A stretch of 64,000 nt of DNA from Monocercomonoides exilis PA203 (lineage: Eukaryota; Protista; Preaxostyla): positions 186,001-250,000 of the forward strand of contig LSRY02000067.1 of the NCBI GenBank assembly GCA_001643675.2, given 5' to 3'. The notes beneath the pieces are model-generated. The model did no database searches, was not told the origin of the DNA, and saw nothing but the letters and a program-made list of their open reading frames with translations. Positions 13,701 through 27,278 of the stretch are shown here, piece after piece. The stretch's first letter is position 1. Every line of letters starts with the position of its first letter. A program made the translations under genes and the position numbers.

Positions 13701-16562
13701 GCGGGACTGCAAAAGATCCATGCTATTCGATTGAATATGGTGTGACGCATCTTGCAGCGAGCGATGATATGCGCATTCGTGTGGATGGAGCTGGGGAGAT
13801 AGGAAGTGAGTTGGATCTGAAAGATGTGTGTGCTGTTTCGAAATCAAAGAAACAGGCGAAAGTGTGGTTTTCTGGTTTGTCAGGGGGCAGTCGAAGTTGG
13901 GTGATAGAAGTACAGCAATTCGTTGAACTGGAGTTGCTGAGCTTTGAATTTGCTTCTTCTTTCCCATCGTCTCATCTGCATCTGATGAAGCTATGCTCAG
14001 GAAGTGTGTCCATTCAGACATGCTCATTCAGCCCGAAAGAAGGGATTGACTGTTCGAATGTGCCTTCTTTGCTGCTGTGCGAAACCGGGTTGTTGGAAAT
14101 TGATCGATTGCTTGTGAGCAACATGAAGCTGGATTCAATTATTGAATGCTCTGGGGGGTCTATTGTTGGAGAGCGGATCGAAGCAAACAACATCACTCTT
14201 ATCAGTGGCAGTGCTATCTGTGAAGCTAATTCTGCAAACCATCAAGAGAATGATCAAGAGAATGGTGATGGGGATGGCAGAAACATTTCAGTTTCTCTTT
14301 CGCAATTCTGCAACATCACTCAGACTTCTGAAAAACCATCTGTATTTTCTGTGAAATGCAAAGGAATTGCAGTGCGAATGTTGAATTGCTCTTATTCGAG
14401 CTGCAGCTCGTTGAAAAGAGCTGGCAGCATAATTTCTGTTTCGTCAAGCAAGGATTGCTGCGTGGAATCGTGTGTTCTGAGTGGTTTCACATCCAATGAA
14501 GAATTGGAGTCTGCAAATACGATATACGAAGAATTGTGCAAATGGAATGGATCTGTTGTTGATTTTGGCAACACGTCAGCACATGTCAGATACACGACGA
14601 TTGGGAATGCTTCAAGTGGAGGGATGACGATTTATGGAGGGAACACCACAATCCAGAAAGGAGAGTTTACTGGCAACGGTGCGTCTATTACGGAATATCG
14701 GTCAGCACGAAGGAACATTGCATGCAGTGGGAATGGCACACTGAATGTTGTCAGTCTGAAAGGAGGAGATGGAGTGAAAGACAACACCTCACTGTGGATT
14801 CTGGATGGAGGATGCGCTTTGTCTGGAATAGCTGGAGAGCGGGAATCTCCATTCTTCTTGCCAACACTCGATTCAGTGGCAGTTGAAGAAGAAGCAGGAG
14901 GGGGAAAAGAGAAAGCAATGCTGACATTCAAAGGAACCCTTCTTTTGCCTTGCAACCTTTTGTTCAGGATTGTTGTTGCAAGGAATGATTCAGAATTAGT
15001 TGAGACGTATCAGTTTCATCAAGAAGGATACATCAATGAGAGCACAGCAATCGGATTAATCTCATCATCAACTATTTCGAAGGCTTCGGAGGAATCATCT
15101 GTGGAATGTTTTGTCCTGTTTGGTAAGCCAGAAAAACCATGCTCCACGAATCATATTGTTCTAAAGAATAGAAGTGAGATTGAATCAAAAGGAGATGAAA
15201 GGATTGTTGAAAGTGGAAAAGAAGGAAAATCATCGAGTGCATTGATTGTGATTGTTATAATCATGGGCATCATATTGATAATAGTTCTTGTTGTGTCCTT
15301 TGTTCTGGCAGTTCGATGGAGAAAGGCAAAAGAAGAAACAAAAGATCTGAGAGAGATTGTGAATGATACGGTGAAGAAAGATCCGAAGGCATTTGAGATG
15401 GTGACGATGGAGATGTCTCCAGAGGAGCAGTGGAGAAGGGCAGAGAGAGAGGCAGAGAAGAAGAATGAAGAGAAGATCAAGAAGAGAGTGTATGAAAAAA
15501 AGTTTGGGACACTCGGAGTCATCAGAGCATTTGCTGAGTGAGAGCGGATCGACTGAATACATATTGGGGAGAGATTCAGACAAGATCCCAGATTGGGCAT
15601 TGGAAAAAGTTGAAGAAGAGACAAGAAAGCGAACTCCTTCACCTTCCATTTCATCCACTTCAACAACTGATTCAGATTCCACATTTGTTCGAGGAGAAGA
15701 TCTTTGCCCAACCACCTCGTCAATGTCGAATCTGGTGGATGCAATGGCCTGTTCTTCGCCTCATGAGAAGCTGATTGTGGATTTGAGGGATTCGCTGTTC
15801 ATGCTGTTGCACGGAAGGAATGAGAAGAAAGAGATGGCAATAGGCACTCTGCAGGAGAGAGAAGTGACAGCTGCCCAAATCCTGTTCTGGGTGGTCAATC
15901 TTGCGCTCCACCCCTTTGATGAAATGGAAAACAAACTCCAATCATTGGCTAGTCTGAGTCCTCACATTGTTCTATTCTCCGAACACATGGTGATCTGCAT
16001 TGTGATGCACTCTGACTTCTTGTCAGATGATTCGGATTCGTCTTCCATCTCTTCGTCAACCATTGTCACATCTGCCAGTGATAATGACGATGAAGATTCA
16101 CTTCCTTCATCTGCATTTGAGGATGAGGATTATTACAAAAAAGAATGCTTGAGGTGGATGGCACCGGAGCTGCAGATCAGCAAGAACATTGGTGCAACAA
16201 AAGAGTCGGTTTCATTCTCGATCGGGATGATGCTGTGGGAATGTCTGACACTCCAGATTCCGTTTGGAGAATATGAAGCAGTAACGGCTGGTGAGAAGAT
16301 AGTGAATGGGGAGAGGCCGCGGATGAGAGTGGGATGCAGTGCAGAGATGGAAGAAGTGATGGAAAAGTGCTTATCTCAACATAAAAATGAGCGGTCGACA
16401 CTTGCAGCGCTGAAGCGGGAGTTCATCCAGCGGTTTCCGAAGGGAGCAACGATTGTAACTGTTTCTGATGCGATTGATGTGGAGTATGCGAGCGAAGTGG
16501 AAAAGCGTGGAGGCAGCTCGAGTTGTGAATTGGTTTCTTGGTGGGAGAGCAATCAGGATTAG
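7787..16562 (+). pseudogene. Very large single-pass receptor-like protein: GGAI/Cys-rich beta-helix-like ectodomain, TM helix, degenerate kinase C-lobe; disrupted or mis-assembled
   Basis: ORFs 7787-9691 and 9716-15541 are in the same frame, separated by one TAG (9689-9691). Frameshift in the A-run at ~15495-15501 into ORF 15465-16562. Repeated GGAI/GGGL(F/Y) and CG...PC.T motifs; TM ALIVIVIIMGIILIIVLVVSFVLAV ~15240-15313; kinase remnants LRWMAPEL, FSIGMMLWECLTLQIPF. True start uncertain. Confidence 0.8.
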
Positions 16563-18212
16563 CAAAGAATTTGGTAATGGAATGGAGCCGCTGGATATGT
16601 GCATTGGGGATGCAGGAGGTTTAAACAAACGAATGAACGTTGCTGTTATATTTGAGTTTTTTGCTTTGAATTTTCTTTTCTGTTGTGCAGTTAATCAATC
16701 ACCTTTTTTTCGAAGCTTTTATTGAAGAATTGTTTCTCATTCATCATCCATCATCATTTCATTCTGCAATTTTCCCGTTCCATTGTGGAAGGTGTGTATG
16801 TATTGCGAATATTTCTATGTATTGATTTCATGAATGCTTATCTTGTCATTCTCATTGAAATGGAAATATTTCCTTTCAGGTTTTTTTTCTTGTTTTTTTC
16901 CCACAACGAGAAACTGTAGTAGGTTTATCATTTAAATGGAACCAAAATTTTATTTGGACTTTTTCACTTTTTAAATTCAACATTTCGAAATGCGCTTCAT
17001 TGTTTTACTCACTTTTATTCATTGTCTCGAAATGTCTAAAACTGTTCATTGCAACTTAGCTTCATTGAAACGGTTAATCTTTTGAAGGAAATGTTGTTTC
17101 GGCATATTGCAACTAAAAGCGCATCAGTTATTTTTCACAATTTTATCATTCCAAGAAAAAATTGAAGTTATTTAAGTTAATTATTATCCATTCGTTATGA
17201 AAGCATGAAAAAATTTCAAAAAACTATAAATTGAGTAAGAAAATTAAAAAAACAAAAAATATTGATCATTTGATCACTTTGATCAGGAATTTTCAAATTA
17301 AAAATACTCTCGAAATAAGACTTTTCTGAATAAAAAAAGAGTATTGTTGCAAAGACACCTTACGAATGAATGCAAATATTACAAAAAAGAGACATAATTT
17401 GAGGATAAAAAATTTAGTGTGTTTGTAACTCTCTAAGTTTCTGCTATTTTTTCACTTTTAAAAAACTTCATCGTTAATTTATCTAAATATTTCTTGCATA
17501 TGAACTATCTTCAATAAAACTGAAAACCAAAAGAACAGAATAATAAAAATTAATGAATAATTTTAGGTTTCATTGATGTCCTTCAAGTTTCATTATGTCA
17601 CTGAAATATATGGAAAATACGATTTTATTTCATCCTTTGAGTTTTCTTCATAATAATCTTTCATCGAAAAAACACATAATAATTAAATGGAAATATGAAA
17701 ATATCATTTCAGACCATTAAATGGACATCTTTCACTCTAACAACCTTCCCTTCTGATAGCAAAACAAGTGTTTTGCTTTCAATTGTCTCAATCATTTGGT
17801 CTGAATCGAAAGAAGTTCTTTCATTGATGCAATCATCTCATTTGTTTTTGAGAATGTTTATTCTCAGATACTAATTATCAATTTTAACTATTACTGATCT
17901 TTGATTCATGTGGAAACTCTTTTTTGTACATTTATGTGAATATATTTTTGACTTGGCGAAATCCAATTACTCATTTCAGCTTAAAGCAATTAATATTTAA
18001 TGTCCGAAACAAACAGTTTGCTTTAGAAAATAGAGTTTTTTTTTTTTTTTTTGTCGAAATCTCAACTTTAATATTCAAATTTACATTTTAAAATAAAGAC
18101 ATGAAAAACAAGCAGAATTTGAAAATTACAAACATTATTTTCATATACGAATGATTTGTTCAAGTGTTTGAGTTGTGTTTATCGTTGAATACAACCACAA
18201 AAATTTCACAGA

Positions 18213-19234
18213 TGTTGCAAACATAGGGTCAATTTTTTCTTAAGATCTTTTTCCATTATTAGCACTTTTTTCGTTTTTGACTGCCAACAACCGAAAAATG
18301 CTGGATGACTTTCAGCACTTCATAAATCCTTTTTCACTTGTTTTATTCAATTTATTCACTGTTTTCTTTCTTTCTTTTTTTTACACATCGAGAAATTGAG
18401 TTTTTTTGCTAAATTTAATTGGACTTTTTCTAGCCAACCAGGCAACTCACAAGAAATTGATGAGTTGTTTTGAATGGCATAAACTATTATCTAACTATTT
18501 TTTATTTTTTTTCTCAAACACTTTTTTTTTGTTTTTTTCGCATTTCAAATTTTCATCAACATGCTAACATAAAACTATTTATTTCTTTGTAAATCTGATG
18601 AAATGATAAAAATAAAAATTTGACATGAAAAACAAATACATTAATATTGAAGAGTTGCGAAAATAAAACATTTATTTTTTCTATTTATCTTTAACGGACA
18701 AATGGCTCCATCCAAAAACGATCAACGATAAAACTTTTGTAACGAAGCAAAATTCTTGACAAATAAATAAAATTACTGTTTTATTTTCGCAACTCTTCAA
18801 TATTAATGTATTTGTTTTTCATGTCAAATTTTTATTTTTATCATTTCATCAGATTTACAAAGAAATAAATAGTTTTATGTTAGCATGTTGATGAAAATTT
18901 GAAATGCGAAAAAAACAAAAAAAAAGTGTTTGAGAAAAAAAATAAAAAATAGTTAGATAATAGTTTATGCCATTCAAAACAACTCATCAATTTCTTGTGA
19001 GTTGCCTGGTTGGCTAGAAAAAGTCCAATTAAATTTAGCAAAAAAACTCAATTTCTCGATGTGTAAAAAAAAGAAAGAAAGAAAACAGTGAATAAATTGA
19101 ATAAAACAAGTGAAAAAGGATTTATGAAGTGCTGAAAGTCATCCAGCATTTTTCGGTTGTTGGCAGTCAAAAACGAAAAAAGTGCTAATAATGGAAAAAG
19201 ATCTTAAGAAAAAATTGACCCTATGTTTGCAACA
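18213..19234. mobile_element. Foldback/MITE-like element, 458-bp inverted arms, TGT...ACA termini
   Basis: 18213-18670 is the reverse complement of 18777-19234 (tgttgcaaacatagggtc.../...gaccctatgtttgcaaca); 106-bp spacer; flanks acaga / gcaga. Confidence 0.85.
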
Positions 19235-19994
19235 GCAGATTATCTAGAGTGGAAAACAATGATATTCTAATATGCAAACTTTCAACTTTGTTGTCGCGAA
19301 AAATGATTAATTAACTTTATTTAGCGATAGCGAAATAACCACATTACATGTTTTCGTTCTTTTCTATGTTCAGAATTGAGGCATTTCATTTTTGAAAGAA
19401 GAAAATTCAGAATATCATGACAAATAAAGGATCACAATTATAAACATTAAGATAACAGAAAGAATGTGACTGAGTTTGAATCGAAAAACACAAAGAATAC
19501 AAAGTTATGAATTCAGAATCAAAGAATAATAATAATAATTAAATATATTTTGGTGATTGATAATCTTGAGGAGGAATGATTGTTTTTGAAAGAAAGCACA
19601 AAACACAAAATTCTCTTGTTATATCCAAAACACCAGAAAAGTTTTTTGTTCATGATTTGAAAAATGAAGTTGATAAGCTTGCTGAGATAAAATGAATGAA
19701 CTTCACCATTTCAGGTTACAATTCAAATGATTTGTATACATGATGGAGAACTCAAAGGAGATTTTTATATTTTTTTCACTTCCACTTCTTAAAGTGCTTC
19801 GTCAATTGTCGTTATCGAAAAAAAAGTGTTTTTCACTTCTTGGCAATCTTCAAAAAAATATTTAATCTTTTTCTAATTGTCACTAAAAGAAACTTCTTAT
19901 TTGAAAATTTAACAAATCAAGGGACGTCATTCACAATCACACATTATTTATCAAAAAAATATTCGTTTTTTCTTTCTTTTTTTATTCATGTGCA

Positions 19995-20967
19995 GGGTCA
20001 GCTTTTTATTCGTACCCAGTTTTTTATAAGAACCAAATTTTTTTTCTCATATTGATTCATATGAGAGTTTTCATTCGATAAAAATAATTTAAAACAAATA
20101 ATATATTATTATAAGGTTGTATGCTTAATATTTTTGCAAATTATTTCTTCAAAAAAAGATCTGAATTTTTTAAGTTTGATTTTTTGATCAATGTTTTGTT
20201 CATGTTTCCACAAGTTTATGAAATCAAGCGTTTTCCTTGTTGGTATTGTTTTTAAACTTTTATTTTTTAACATTTTTGGTTATTTAATAACTTCAGAAAC
20301 TCTTTTCTTTCACTTGTTTTCACACATCACCTTTTTTTAATTAAACTCAAATTTCAGCAAGTGAAATAGGAATTTAAAAATTTTCTTGCATTCAAATAAT
20401 GTCAGTTTATGAACAATATCATGTTTATAAGAATTCTTTGTTAATTATTTGTGTATGAAAATTGAAAATTCATAAATACAACATCAAATATTTCATTTTC
20501 CGAGTAAAATGTATATTGTTGTGATAAAGTTCCTTATCAAGAATTTTTAATTCTAAATTGTTTATTTGGCACATATAAAATATTCAAAAAAGAACGACAT
20601 GTTCCCTTTTTGTTTCTGCTTTGTGCAAAAAAGGAAAGGGGTGGAAACCTATAAAAAAATAGTTTTTCAAGTTTCAAAATAACCAAAAATGTTAAAAAAT
20701 AAAAGTTTAAAAACAATACCAACAAGGAAAACGCTTGATTTCATAAACTTGTGGAAACATGAACAAAACATTGATCAAAAAATCAAACTTAAAAAATTCA
20801 GATCTTTTTTTGAAGAAATAATTTGCAAAAATATTAAGCATACAACCTTATAATAATATATTATTTGTTTTAAATTATTTTTATCGAATGAAAACTCTCA
20901 TATGAATCAATATGAGAAAAAAAATTTGGTTCTTATAAAAAACTGGGTACGAATAAAAAGCTGACCC
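19995..20967. mobile_element. Foldback/MITE-like element, 291-bp inverted arms, GGG...CCC termini
   Basis: 19995-20285 is the reverse complement of 20677-20967 (gggtcagctttttattcgtaccc.../...gggtacgaataaaaagctgaccc); ~390-bp non-coding core; no TSD seen. Confidence 0.8.
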
Positions 20968-21783
20968 AATAAATAACAAATAATAAAATTTTTTTTATGC
21001 AGTCTGTCAAAAAAATTATTGATCTGAAAAAAAAAAAGAAAGAAAGAAAAAGAAAAATAGTGGATTATCCCTCAAAATTAAAAAAAAAGATATTCCCCAC
21101 ATTGCTTGTGGTAACTTTTTCTTATCATTGGTTGGTGAATTTTTCATGAATAAATGAACTCTTGAGCAAAAAAGTCTAGAAGATGTGTTGTTTTTGCTAT
21201 TTAAACATCGTCTTATTGTTTGTTAACATTTTGACAATGAAATTTTCAGCAAATATTTATTTTTTCAAAAGAAGAGTGTTTATTTGTTTTCATCTTTTTG
21301 TTCAACAAACAAGTGGAAGAATTTGACAAGTGCTTTTATTTCACTTCACTCGCTGCAAAGTTTTTGTTTGTTTTTAAATATTGTTATCATTATTTTTTTG
21401 ATTTACGTTGCAACGACTTATTTCTTTTCAATAAAGCATGTTTGAAGAATAGTTGTTGACGTTTTGTTTGTCATTGCTTTTTAAAAAGCTATTGCACTCA
21501 TTTCAATGATCGCCTCATTCAATAGAATTTGTTAAACTATTGGATAATGTGATTTTATTTTTTTCTAATAAAAAACAAAAAGATATTCTGTTTAAACTTG
21601 TTTTTGTTTTGTAAATAGAAGTGCATAAAATATGATGAACGAACAAATAAATGAATAAGTTACACAAATGTTTTTTCAACTTTGTTTTTGTTCAAAAAAA
21701 TCAATGAAATTAGAAAGCGAATGTTGTGTTCGAAACAAAAACAAACATATGAAATGGGGGAAAAATTAAAGTGAAAACTCGCT

Positions 21784-22767
21784 TCACAGATCCTTCAGGG
21801 ATATGACCTGTGGCCATATATTAGTTTCGATATCCATGATGGTTTTCCTGACTTCTTTAGCAGAAATTTCTTCAAAGGTTTTAGCCATTTCGGTGAAAAA
21901 GTGCGACTCCTCTTCCCACTTTAACGTATTTGATTCCACTCTTGCCTTCCAAATGCCAAATATGGATTCGATTGGGTTGAAAATTAAAGAATATGCAGCG
22001 TTAAATAGCATGACATGTCCGGCTTCTGAAATAAGACTGTCCTTGTTGATATGATGGATTGTTGCATTATCCATTACGATCACAGACGATTTGTAATTTT
22101 TTATGGATAATAGAAAACGCTTAATATAGGCTTCAAACACTTCATGGTTGACTGTTCATCTTTTCACTTCTGTGTAGCCCATTCCTGACATGGATATTGA
22201 TGTGATAGCTGTAATAGATAGAAATAGTGGAGGTGGAGGAACCAATACTTTTTCTCCTCTTTCTGCCCAACCGTATTTCCTTATGCAATTGACGTTCCAT
22301 GACGTCTCATCGATGTAGAAAATTAACGCTCCATCTTTCTCGTCTTGAAATAATTTTTCAATGAAATAAATTCTTTGTTTCTAATTTTCATCGGTGTTTG
22401 CGTATGATGGCCTGATAGTAATTCTCTTGAAAGAAAATATGGGGAATAAATCGAAATCATTGTTTTTTTCATGAAGCAAATTGTGCACAGTAGATTTTGA
22501 AATATGCAAACCAGTTGAAGAAAGCTCCTGCGATATCGTTCGAAGGGTGGTTAATGGATTTTGCTTCATTTTTTGTCTTATGAGATTCTTGTATCGATCA
22601 TTGTTAACTATTTTTTTTCTTCCTTTTTGCTTTTCATTGTGAATAATATCTATACCAATCTGCAGTTTTTGTGAAAATAATCTGACGACGATGTTCGAAA
22701 GAGAACATTCATTCGCATTTAAGTTTTTCAGACTTGATTCTTCCAAAAATTCTGAATAAATCTGCAA
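21784..22767 (-). pseudogene. Tc1/IS630-type (DDE_3) transposase, decayed
   Basis: One frame: HTH-like NPLTTLRTISQEL..ISKSTVHNLL, IFYIDETSW, VMDNATIHH, YSLIFNPIESIFG (about D33E spacing). In-frame TAG at 22381-22383 and TGA at 22156-22158. Confidence 0.85.
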
Positions 22768-23547
22768 GTTTTTTCATTTTTTTGAAGTTGAAGGAGTTGA
22801 AAGATTTTTTTCTTTTTCTTTCAACAGCAGTTTGCTTCTATTCGAATCGTATTAATTTTTTCTTCTTTTTCTTTCAAAGCTGATCTGATCCTGATATTTT
22901 CATGAATCGTCATAGGTGTATTTAAAGCATATTTCCAATCCTTTATTATTCTTTTAAACAATATGATAAATATAAAGTGTATTTAATAATAAAACATTTG
23001 AATGGACTAGAATTTTGAAATTCTTTTTGATCCTTGAGAAAAAACGATTTTTTTAAATCACCTGTAAATCTGAGTATTTTTCTAAAAAATAAATAAAACA
23101 AGATGATTTGAAAACAAAAACCAGATGCGAGGTCGTTAATTATAATATACTCTAATTATATTAATGATTTTTCGATAAATACACATTTTGAAAAATATAT
23201 TTAATAAACAATAGATATTTTTCGAAAAGAACAACCATTTGAGTGCAACAAATGTTATTTCAAATAAGAACGAGTTGTAGCCCGAAAGTCATATGTTTTT
23301 CGAAAAAAACCCATTTTTTCACACTATACCAATATGTATTTATAGAAGACATCACCATACGAAAAAAGGGCTTTTCTTTTGTCAATTTGTTCTGATATTG
23401 ATTTAATATCTGGAAATGAGTTTGCTTCCTCGGATTGATCCATATATTTGGTCTGTTGCATTCTTTGTTCGTTATCTTTGTGGTAATTTATAAATAATTT
23501 GTTTTTTGTTTTCAATCAAATGATATTTCTCTGAACTAAGTTCGCAT

Positions 23548-25096
23548 ATGAACTCCGTTCAAAGCAATATTCAATCTTCATCTCAGTTTGAAAAAAACTT
23601 CTCTTCTCAAGCTCTCTCGTACCAGCCTTCAGCTTTCGTGTCTGCTTCTCAGCATTCAAATGTGTTTGGTCCAATTGAAGTTCAGGAACATCCCTCAATA
23701 CTATCTAATTCACCAGCAAAAAATAAAATGGAAAGGTTCAAGTTTGAATATTGTAAAGAAATTTTTTTTATAACAAATTTTTATTCCATTTTTTTAATAA
23801 CAATCTTTATATTTTTATATTTTTTTATATTTTTTTAATTTTATATTTTTTTAATTTTTTTAATTTTTTTGATTTTTTTATTGATCTGATATTTACAAAA
23901 AAGAAACAAACAACATGTTTGATTTGGCTCTTCGAAAAGCTGATTCATATAAAGATAGCATTGAAAAGAAAATTTAGAAAACAGTAACTTGGGGATTATC
24001 ATATCACGAGCCTTGAAAAAAGCTATTTGATTTCTAACACAAACAAATATCATTTGATAGATATAAAGGAACCTTTAAACCAATAATTAACATGATTTGC
24101 GAACTTGAAAACGAAATTAGCCAGACTCCGAAAAAAGGACCAAAAGGGTCATTATCGCTTATTGACAAAATGCTTTATCACTTCGAATGGCTGTCTTCTG
24201 GAACTACACAAACAAGAATTGGGATTTGGTTTTTCAAAGCAGTCACTATATTTCTGATGCAATAATTCAAATACGTCCACTCCTGTTAATAGTTTTGAGA
24301 AAAATGAACATGGAGAAAAAAGAGACCTAAATATTCTGATACAGACGAATTTTTTGGAACGGTTGCATTCCTAGTGGACGCAACGTCTATTAGAACAGCC
24401 AAGCCAGCTAGCAGTTTTGAAAATCAGAAGTTGCTCTGGGATGGGACTCTTAAAGGTTATGGATTGAAAATCCATGTTTCAGTTGCTTCCAGCAATCCTT
24501 TTGAAGCATTATTTGCTTCAGAAGTTGCAGAAGGTCATATCCATAATTTCTCATTGTTCAAACGTGACTTACAGCCGTTGAAAGAATATCTACAAATATC
24601 AGAATATGAAAGAGAAAAATATGGGTTGGATGAAGGAATTAAACATTGGAAAGTCATGGCAGACAGAGGATATCAAGGTGCTGTTGAAGGAATAGGAGTC
24701 ATAACACCAATCAAAAATGCAAAAACGATTGAAGAAATAACATTTAATGAAAGATAAGCAAAGAAACGGATTCCTGTTGAATGGTTTTCCGGAAGAATGA
24801 AAAGGCAGTGGAAGCAATGTGCAAACAGGTGCAGAAATGGCTTGGATGATGCAAAGATAAATATCGAAATTGCAGTTTGGCTAACAAATCTGAATATTCA
24901 AGCATATGATTTATGTGAAGATGATGGATTATTTGAGAAGCAATGTATTTCTTTTAATCAATTCGAGATTGAAAAGCAAAAAGAAAAAAAGTCAGAATCG
25001 AATGCTTATTTCAGAGAAAAAATTAAAAGAATAAGAAGTGCCTCGCTAATAGAGAACATGCGCAACGAACATTCGAAACCGAAAAATTTCAACTGA
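23548..25096 (+). pseudogene. ISL2EU/PIF-Harbinger (IS5-like, DDE_Tnp_4) transposase, decayed
   Basis: KGPKGSLSLIDKMLYHFEWL (HTH_Tnp_4-like, ~24135-24195), FLVDATSIRTAKP, MADRGYQG, ITPIK, FNER*AKKRIPVEWFSGRMK. Several stops; possible intron-separated 5' exon from 23548. Confidence 0.75.
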
Positions 25097-25728
25097 TGAA
25101 ATCACCACCAATGAAAAAAGCAATGAAGAAAACTAATTTTTCTTTCACCATTTTTATTTTTTGTTTGCTCGGTTTTTCCTGATTATTGTTGCTTATTCAG
25201 TTTTTTTTGCCGCCTTGATTTGACTTTGATTTTTTTTTCAAATTATGAATATCAATAAATAATTATAAAAATCCTTCTTTTTCTAATTTCAACAATCAAC
25301 GATGGAATTTTTCATAAATATTATTTTATTCAGAAAAATAAATTGATCCCATCGTTTTGTTTTATGTTCCGTTCACTGAGAGAAGCATATTCTTTCGTGA
25401 ATGAAATAATTTTTTTCCGAAATAATACTAGAATAAATCGAAAATACTAAGTTATTGCGAAAAGATAGTTTCATGCAGAGAATAACTGTTTCATATTGAC
25501 ATGAAAAAAACGATTCCGATAAAGAATAATTCATTCCCAAAATTTCATTGGCTTCTCGAAAAGTGTGCTTCTTTCCGTAAAATATCTAATAATATTAAAG
25601 TGCGCAGCACATTAATTTTTAAGAAAAACCGCAATCCACAACACCTCTTTATTTATGGAGTGTTTATAATTGGGCAACCACTTGTATTCTTCCGAAACTG
25701 CAATATCAAATGAATTCAAAGATGAAGT

Positions 25729-27278
25729 TTATCTATTCTCTTTTCCCTGCTCTGATTGTTCTCCTTCAGTAACCTCTTCCCCTTCTGGTTCCTCCACTCT
25801 TGAGGGGAAGAGCGTATCTTGATTGACTGTCTTGCCTGAAGAATGTGTTTGAATGGCCACTATTGCATCTATTGGAGAAGCCGAGGCTTCAGCTGAAATA
25901 TCTGAAGACTGTTCAAATTGCCTTCCAAAAGTGATGGAAGTCGTTTGTTGTGTTGTTCCGATTGAAATATTTTCTGATTGAAGTCGTTGGACCTTCTCCT
26001 TCCTAAAGCCCTCGTCTGAAAGTTGAAATCCAGAGCTCTGAGGGAGAAGCATATGAGCCATTTGACTTGCTAGGTTAGTCTTGAAGAAGGATCTTAACGG
26101 TGTGTGTGCTGTTGTGGACAATCGCGCAAATCTTGCAGCGCAGGCCTCAGGAATTCCTTCTGTTGACACTTTCGAAATAGTTGCATGTTTAATGGTGTAT
26201 GGGCGAAATTCTTCTGGAACTCCTGCCCTCCCCAAACCAACATTTGCCAGTTTGCGAATCCCACTGGGAGCCAAAGGAGTGTGAGTTGTCTAGTTGAGCA
26301 GAAATGTGTCTCTTTTTTCGTAAGTTGTTCTGACCCGATCCCACAGACAACGAATCGCTCTGGCAGGACAAATGCGGCTGTATTCTTCCTGTAAGAAATG
26401 AACTGTGATGAATTCTCTTGAGCGGGATGTCTTCAGTCTCGTTGAAAGATGGATTGCTTCTGTTTCCCAAATAGATACAGACATGGATATTCGCGCGAGC
26501 TCACAGAATCGACATGCTGAAAACAACATAATTACCTGCATTCATTTAACAGTGAGATCCCAAAACGGGAGTTGTTCATTATTCAATTCTCTGGAGGAAA
26601 AACCTGCGATAATGTCTGGACTCCACATGCTAGTGTACGGTTTCCTATGGGATTGAGAGAACGAAAAGGATCTGAATATTGTGTGGATAAGCGTGATATC
26701 GCCTATCTCCCTGCCATATACTGTGCGAGAGAATAAAGAGATCGCTGACCGCATTGCGCATAAGAAAGAATATGGAGTTTCGCTATCCTTCAAGGATAGA
26801 AAACAGACTGCGCATTTCTTTATCCACTCATCGAAACATCCTGGTATTTCACCCAATTGATTAGACTTCCACTCGATGTGGAAATGAGCAAAACAGTTAG
26901 TGTATTGATTCCACGTGACTTTGGATATGCTCCTCTCCGTAATCTTTCTGATCTTGTCAGGGACCCCGCAGGCTCGAAGTCCTTTGCTCCACCATCTCTC
27001 ACCGACTCGAGCTACCATCCTATCCTTGCAGCCATATACGCCCCTGGAGGAAGTGCGGCTCCCAACTTCAACATTCCCGGTCCCGGGGAAAGGACGTCTC
27101 GAGAGCATTTCCAGATGAAGGAACGAGTCATCAGTCTCGATAGAAGGTTGCTCCAAATCTGATTCTTCCAAGCAGGAAATAAAAAGATCGCTTTCGCTTT
27201 TTCCGATTCTCCTTTCCGAAGACATGGAAGGATCAGTGGAATCGGGGGATGAATGAGAAGAATTCCTTTTCCCCAATA
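25729..27278 (-). mobile_element. DIRS-like retrotransposon remnant (methyltransferase C-part plus tyrosine recombinase), 5'-truncated
   Basis: MT-like YWGKGILLIHPPIPLI..FPAWKNQIW overlapping the YR frame; SKVTWNQY, MRSAISLF, MLFSACRFCEL, ICPARAI, RPYTIKHATISK; internal stops. Confidence 0.85.

Noticed and set aside
10185-15744. Antisense ORFs within the receptor-like gene
   Set aside because: Shadow ORFs with no independent motifs.
1550-16562. Alternative genetic code (TAA/TAG = Gln, as in Streblomastix)
   Set aside because: Kinesin and H2A end at TAA at sensible positions and thousands of codons contain only one internal TAG; stops in TE relics include all three codons.
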